From assembly GCA_038888155.1 (NCBI GenBank), contig JAWAJB010000002.1, positions 64,001-128,000 on the forward strand: a stretch of DNA of 64,000 nt, read 5' to 3'. Shown here one piece after another: positions 60,488 to 64,000 of this stretch. The DNA comes from Desulfurococcaceae archaeon. Its GTDB lineage: Archaea; Thermoproteota; Thermoprotei_A; Sulfolobales; Desulfurococcaceae. Numbering within the stretch: position 1 is the first letter of the stretch; the number at the start of each line of letters is the position of its first letter. The position numbers and the translations under genes were made by a program. A model generated the notes under the pieces. It was not told where the DNA came from. It ran no database searches and was given only the letters and a program-made list of their open reading frames with translations.

Positions 60488-61828
60488 TTAGCTTACTGGT
60501 TTAACCCATTTGCCAATTTTTCTACCCGTTAGCTCACCATTTAACACCACTAACTCACCTCTCAAAACAACATGCTTAACTTTGCCTCTGAGTCGCCAGC
60601 CAATGAATGGAGATATTTTGTATTTATATTCAAGCCACTCGGGCGTTATTTCAAAGTCCTCGTTTGGATCTACTATCACAAGGTCTCCGCTTGAGCCGGG
60701 CATAATTGATCCCTTCCATGGCCACAACTTAAATAGCTTTGCGGGAGCCTCGGATAGCAACTCTGGAATTTTAGTCAGCGGAATTAGTCCCTTCATGGCT
60801 GTGTCAAATATTAGTGGGAACAACGTTTGCACTCCAGCAAATCCAGAGGATGCCTCCCATACAGATTTGTCCTTCTCTTCTGGTGTGTGGGGGGCATGAT
60901 CAGATCCTATTGTCTCAATAGATCCATTAATTACGGCATCCATCAAGGCCTTTCTGTGAATACCTCCCCTTATTGGGGGATTCGCCTTTATTAAAGTACC
61001 ATACTTGGAGTATGCATCTTTATCCAATAAAAGGTAGTGTGGGCATGTTTCTGATGTGATGTCCACTCCCAAATTCTTAAACTGCTTGATATATTCTAGT
61101 GCATCTAAGGACGAGACATGAACTATATGAGCTCTGCCACCTGTGTACTTGGCCAACAGGGATATCTTTACAATGCTGTAGACTTCGGCTATTGGGGGTC
61201 TAGCATAATCGTGAATAGAGGGATCCAAGCTATTAGCTTTTCTTGCTTTGTCTGAAAAATATGTAATTAGTCCAAAATCTTCTGCGTGAAACATCACGCG
61301 GGTATTAGTTTTTGCTGACTTCCACATAATTTCGTATAGTGTTGGGTCGCTTGGGGGAGGTATGTTACCGGTTGTTGGGCCCATGAACACTTTGAATCCC
61401 ACAGCACCTGCAGATAGCATATTTTCAAATTCATGGATATTGCTGTCGTGGAGAACCCCTATAAGGGCGAAATCTGCATACGCTTTAGATTCTAGGACTT
61501 TTCCCTTGTAAACTAAGTTTTTCTCGCTTTCAACGGGTGGAAGGGTGTTAGGATGATCTATAACTGTTGTGACCCCACCTTTAATAGCGGCTTTTGAGCC
61601 ATGTTCAAAGTCGTCTTTATACTCAAGGCCCGGCTCTCTCATATGAACATGCTCGTCTATTATTCCTGGGAAAACATAGTTACCTTGTGCATTGATTACT
61701 TCCTGCATGCCTTCAGAAGGGAGATCTCTACCGATCTCGGAAATAACCCCGTCCACTATCCTTATGTCAAGCTTGTGTACACCAGCAGTCGAGACAACTA
61801 GACCGCCCTTTACGAGCAAACTTGCCAA
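60488..61828 (-). CDS. pyrC: Dihydroorotase-type cyclic amidohydrolase
   Basis: DEHVHMREPG, PNT, HAE, HIVHVS, ETCPHYL, KANPPIR, SDHAPH; the Arg after HxH and the DHAPH motif favour dihydroorotase over allantoinase. Confidence 0.75.
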   Translation of the reverse strand: MASLLVKGGLVVSTAGVHKLDIRIVDGVISEIGRDLPSEGMQEVINAQGNYVFPGIIDEHVHMREPGLEYKDDFEHGSKAAIKGGVTTVIDHPNTLPPVESEKNLVYKGKVLESKAYADFALIGVLHDSNIHEFENMLSAGAVGFKVFMGPTTGNIPPPSDPTLYEIMWKSAKTNTRVMFHAEDFGLITYFSDKARKANSLDPSIHDYARPPIAEVYSIVKISLLAKYTGGRAHIVHVSSLDALEYIKQFKNLGVDITSETCPHYLLLDKDAYSKYGTLIKANPPIRGGIHRKALMDAVINGSIETIGSDHAPHTPEEKDKSVWEASSGFAGVQTLFPLIFDTAMKGLIPLTKIPELLSEAPAKLFKLWPWKGSIMPGSSGDLVIVDPNEDFEITPEWLEYKYKISPFIGWRLRGKVKHVVLRGELVVLNGELTGRKIGKWVKPVS

Positions 61829-61938
61829 GCTTTCTACACCTATATTCCTAAATAGACTGAAATGTTAATATTTCTCTCGCTACGAACTAATTGCATTTAA
61901 ATTTTTAGCGGCTATAAAGTAATTTAAGGGATATCGTT

Positions 61939-64000
61939 TTGGAAGACCCCTATAAATTGTTAGAGAAGTGGATCTCTGCTGAGTCCTATTTCGTTGTTAG
62001 TAAAGATGTTAAGAGGGTAGACGCTTTAGAGAAAGCCCTCGGCGTTGCTAAATTTACCGAGGATTACCTTATTGATTACTTACAAGGAAACACTTTGTTC
62101 ATTAAGCAAGTCTTAAGTCAAACTCCTCATGCGAGAATAATTAGCATTGATCCAAGCAAAGCGCTATCTATTCCAGGCGTTGTGGGAGTTTTCACGTCCC
62201 ACGACATACCTGGAAGCAACCAAGTTGGATACGCAATTCAAGATCAGCCCCTTATTGCAGAAAGAAAAGTTAGATACGCAGGTGAAGTAGTGGCCTTAGT
62301 GGCAGCCGTCGATTACGATAAATCTATTATGGCTTCCGAGGAAGTTAATCTGCAATACGAACCCTTACCGTACATATTAGACCCCGTAGAGGCTATGCAG
62401 AGGCGGGATTTACTAGTACACGAAGAAAAAGGAACTAATGTAGCTTTCACAACAAGAGTACAAAAAGGCGACGTGGAAGAGGGCTTCTCAAGGGCCTATG
62501 TAGTTGTTGAAAATGAGTACCACCTCCATCATCAGGAACACGCTTATTTAGAGACCGAGGCAGCATTAGCTCTGCCTGATGCTGAAGGAAGAATAACGGT
62601 TATAGGAGGACTACAGTATCCCCACTTAGGTCAGAAGATAATAGCGAGAGTTCTAGGAATTCCAATGAGCAATGTCAAGGTAATTGCCCCCTACATTGGG
62701 GGTGGGTTTGGAGGCAAAGATGATGAGGGGCCCTTAACCTGTGCAAAAGCCGCTTTAGTGAGCTACTTAACCAAACGACCATCGTTCATCATTTACAGCC
62801 GTGAGGACTCAATGAAGGTCCATCCGAAGCGCGAAGCCGCTGTAATAAAGTACAAAAGCGGTGTTGGGACAGACTGTAAACTAACTGCTATAGATGTCAC
62901 TATAATTCACGATACAGGCGCTTATGCTAATAGAGCGCCGTTCATTCTGTGGAGGGCCACAATGCATGCATCAGGCCCATACGAAGTCCCAGCTGGTAGA
63001 GTTAATGGTTATGCTGTTTATACCAATAAGGTTTATCAGGGGTCATTTAGAGGCTTTGGAAACCTATCAGTTCAATTTGCGGTCGAGAGACAAATGGATC
63101 TTTTATCTGAGAAGCTAGGCATGGACCCAGTCGAATTTAGGCTGAAAAACATTCTAAAGCCTGGATCTCTGACGTTAACCAGTCAATTGCTGGATCACTC
63201 GGTCGGCATTAGCGATGCATTAAAGAGCGTCGCTGAAAGGGCAGAGTGGTGGAGAAAGAGAAAAGAGTACAACGAGTTCAACGAAAAGAGTTCTAGATAT
63301 AAGCGCGGTATTGGGGTTAGTGTGGCATGGCACGGTATAAGTACCTCTAGAGCAGTGCCCGATTGGTCAAATGCTTACATTAAAATAGAGATTGATGGCT
63401 CTGTAATAGTGTACACTGGAATAGTGGAGATGGGACAGGGCTCGCCAACTTCATCTCATGTTCAAATAGTCTCAGAGATTCTTGGGATCCCCTTGAGTAC
63501 TATAAAAGTCGTTTTTGCGAGTACAGACGCCCCTGATACAGGAGCAACGCATGCATCAAGGGGGACTGGAATCGGGGGGCTAGGTGTACTCGTAGCTGCA
63601 GCCAAGCTAAGGGAGCGACTGTCGCGTTTAGCCTCACGTATAGTTGGCGTTGATCCAGAGGAACTCGTTTTTAACGATGGCAGAGTATATTGGAACAAGG
63701 ATAACAGCGTGGGGATATCCTGGAGCGACCTCATACGTGAAGCCTATTCGAGGGGAATTAATGTATCTGCTACAGGATACTACTATATACCCAAGGGAAG
63801 ATTTGATGAGGTGCATGGACAGGGATTTGCCTATCCGGCGTACAGTTTCATAGTACTTATAACAGAAGTCGAAGTCGACACTTGCACTGGATCAATTAGA
63901 GTGCTTAAGGTCTACCCGAGTCTTTCGTCAGGCAAAATAATCAATCCACAGCAAGTAGAGGGGCAAATAGAGGGAGCCGTCGCCCAAGCCATAGGTTATA
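61939..64000 (+). CDS. Xanthine dehydrogenase/CoxL-family molybdopterin-binding subunit; 3'-partial, not in the ORF track
   Basis: Frame from TTG 61939: RVDALEKALG.AKF, HAYLETE, IGGGFGGKDD, FRGFG, MDPVEFRLKN, EMGQG, THASRG, NPQQVEGQIEGAVAQAIG; the motifs checked near the start, middle and end fall in the same frame. Confidence 0.92.
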   Translation, partial: MEDPYKLLEKWISAESYFVVSKDVKRVDALEKALGVAKFTEDYLIDYLQGNTLFIKQVLSQTPHARIISIDPSKALSIPGVVGVFTSHDIPGSNQVGYAIQDQPLIAERKVRYAGEVVALVAAVDYDKSIMASEEVNLQYEPLPYILDPVEAMQRRDLLVHEEKGTNVAFTTRVQKGDVEEGFSRAYVVVENEYHLHHQEHAYLETEAALALPDAEGRITVIGGLQYPHLGQKIIARVLGIPMSNVKVIAPYIGGGFGGKDDEGPLTCAKAALVSYLTKRPSFIIYSREDSMKVHPKREAAVIKYKSGVGTDCKLTAIDVTIIHDTGAYANRAPFILWRATMHASGPYEVPAGRVNGYAVYTNKVYQGSFRGFGNLSVQFAVERQMDLLSEKLGMDPVEFRLKNILKPGSLTLTSQLLDHSVGISDALKSVAERAEWWRKRKEYNEFNEKSSRYKRGIGVSVAWHGISTSRAVPDWSNAYIKIEIDGSVIVYTGIVEMGQGSPTSSHVQIVSEILGIPLSTIKVVFASTDAPDTGATHASRGTGIGGLGVLVAAAKLRERLSRLASRIVGVDPEELVFNDGRVYWNKDNSVGISWSDLIREAYSRGINVSATGYYYIPKGRFDEVHGQGFAYPAYSFIVLITEVEVDTCTGSIRVLKVYPSLSSGKIINPQQVEGQIEGAVAQAIGY

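Noticed and set aside
1-64000. CRISPR arrays, rRNA, tRNA, transposases, integrases
   Set aside because: None seen on reading; short or intron-split tRNAs cannot be fully excluded without tRNAscan-SE

Overview
A 64-kb, mostly AT-rich, gene-dense archaeal chromosome segment. The short stand-alone XPF, the ESCRT-III/CdvB paralogue, AglB, and frequent TTG/GTG starts behind GGTG Shine-Dalgarno motifs point to a Thermoproteota archaeon, probably Desulfurococcales (inference). It holds about 55 CDSs. These include hydrogenase maturation genes (hypA with an Mrp-type ATPase; hypD-hypC-hypE), mevalonate genes (class II HMG-CoA reductase, mvk), N-glycosylation genes (aglB, aglH-like), a type IV pilus locus with a KaiC-like ATPase, an Fe/B12-type ABC importer, thiDN, a probable amino-acid racemase with a YkvI transporter, an mptE-mptD-dmrX-DHPS-like pterin operon, pyrB, pyrC, and a molybdopterin hydroxylase subunit that runs off the right edge and is missing from the ORF track. 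I saw no rRNA, tRNA, CRISPR array or transposase. The main discovery is an unannotated, stand-alone, 182-nt rod-like RNA gene on the minus strand (45676-45857). It has its own TATA-like box and a strict bulge-helix-bulge splice motif, and is predicted to release a 148-nt covalently closed, almost fully paired circular RNA. Two unannotated Lys/Glu-rich microprotein genes with promoter and RBS signals lie within 2 kb on either side. All family assignments come from motif recognition by eye; no database searches were run.
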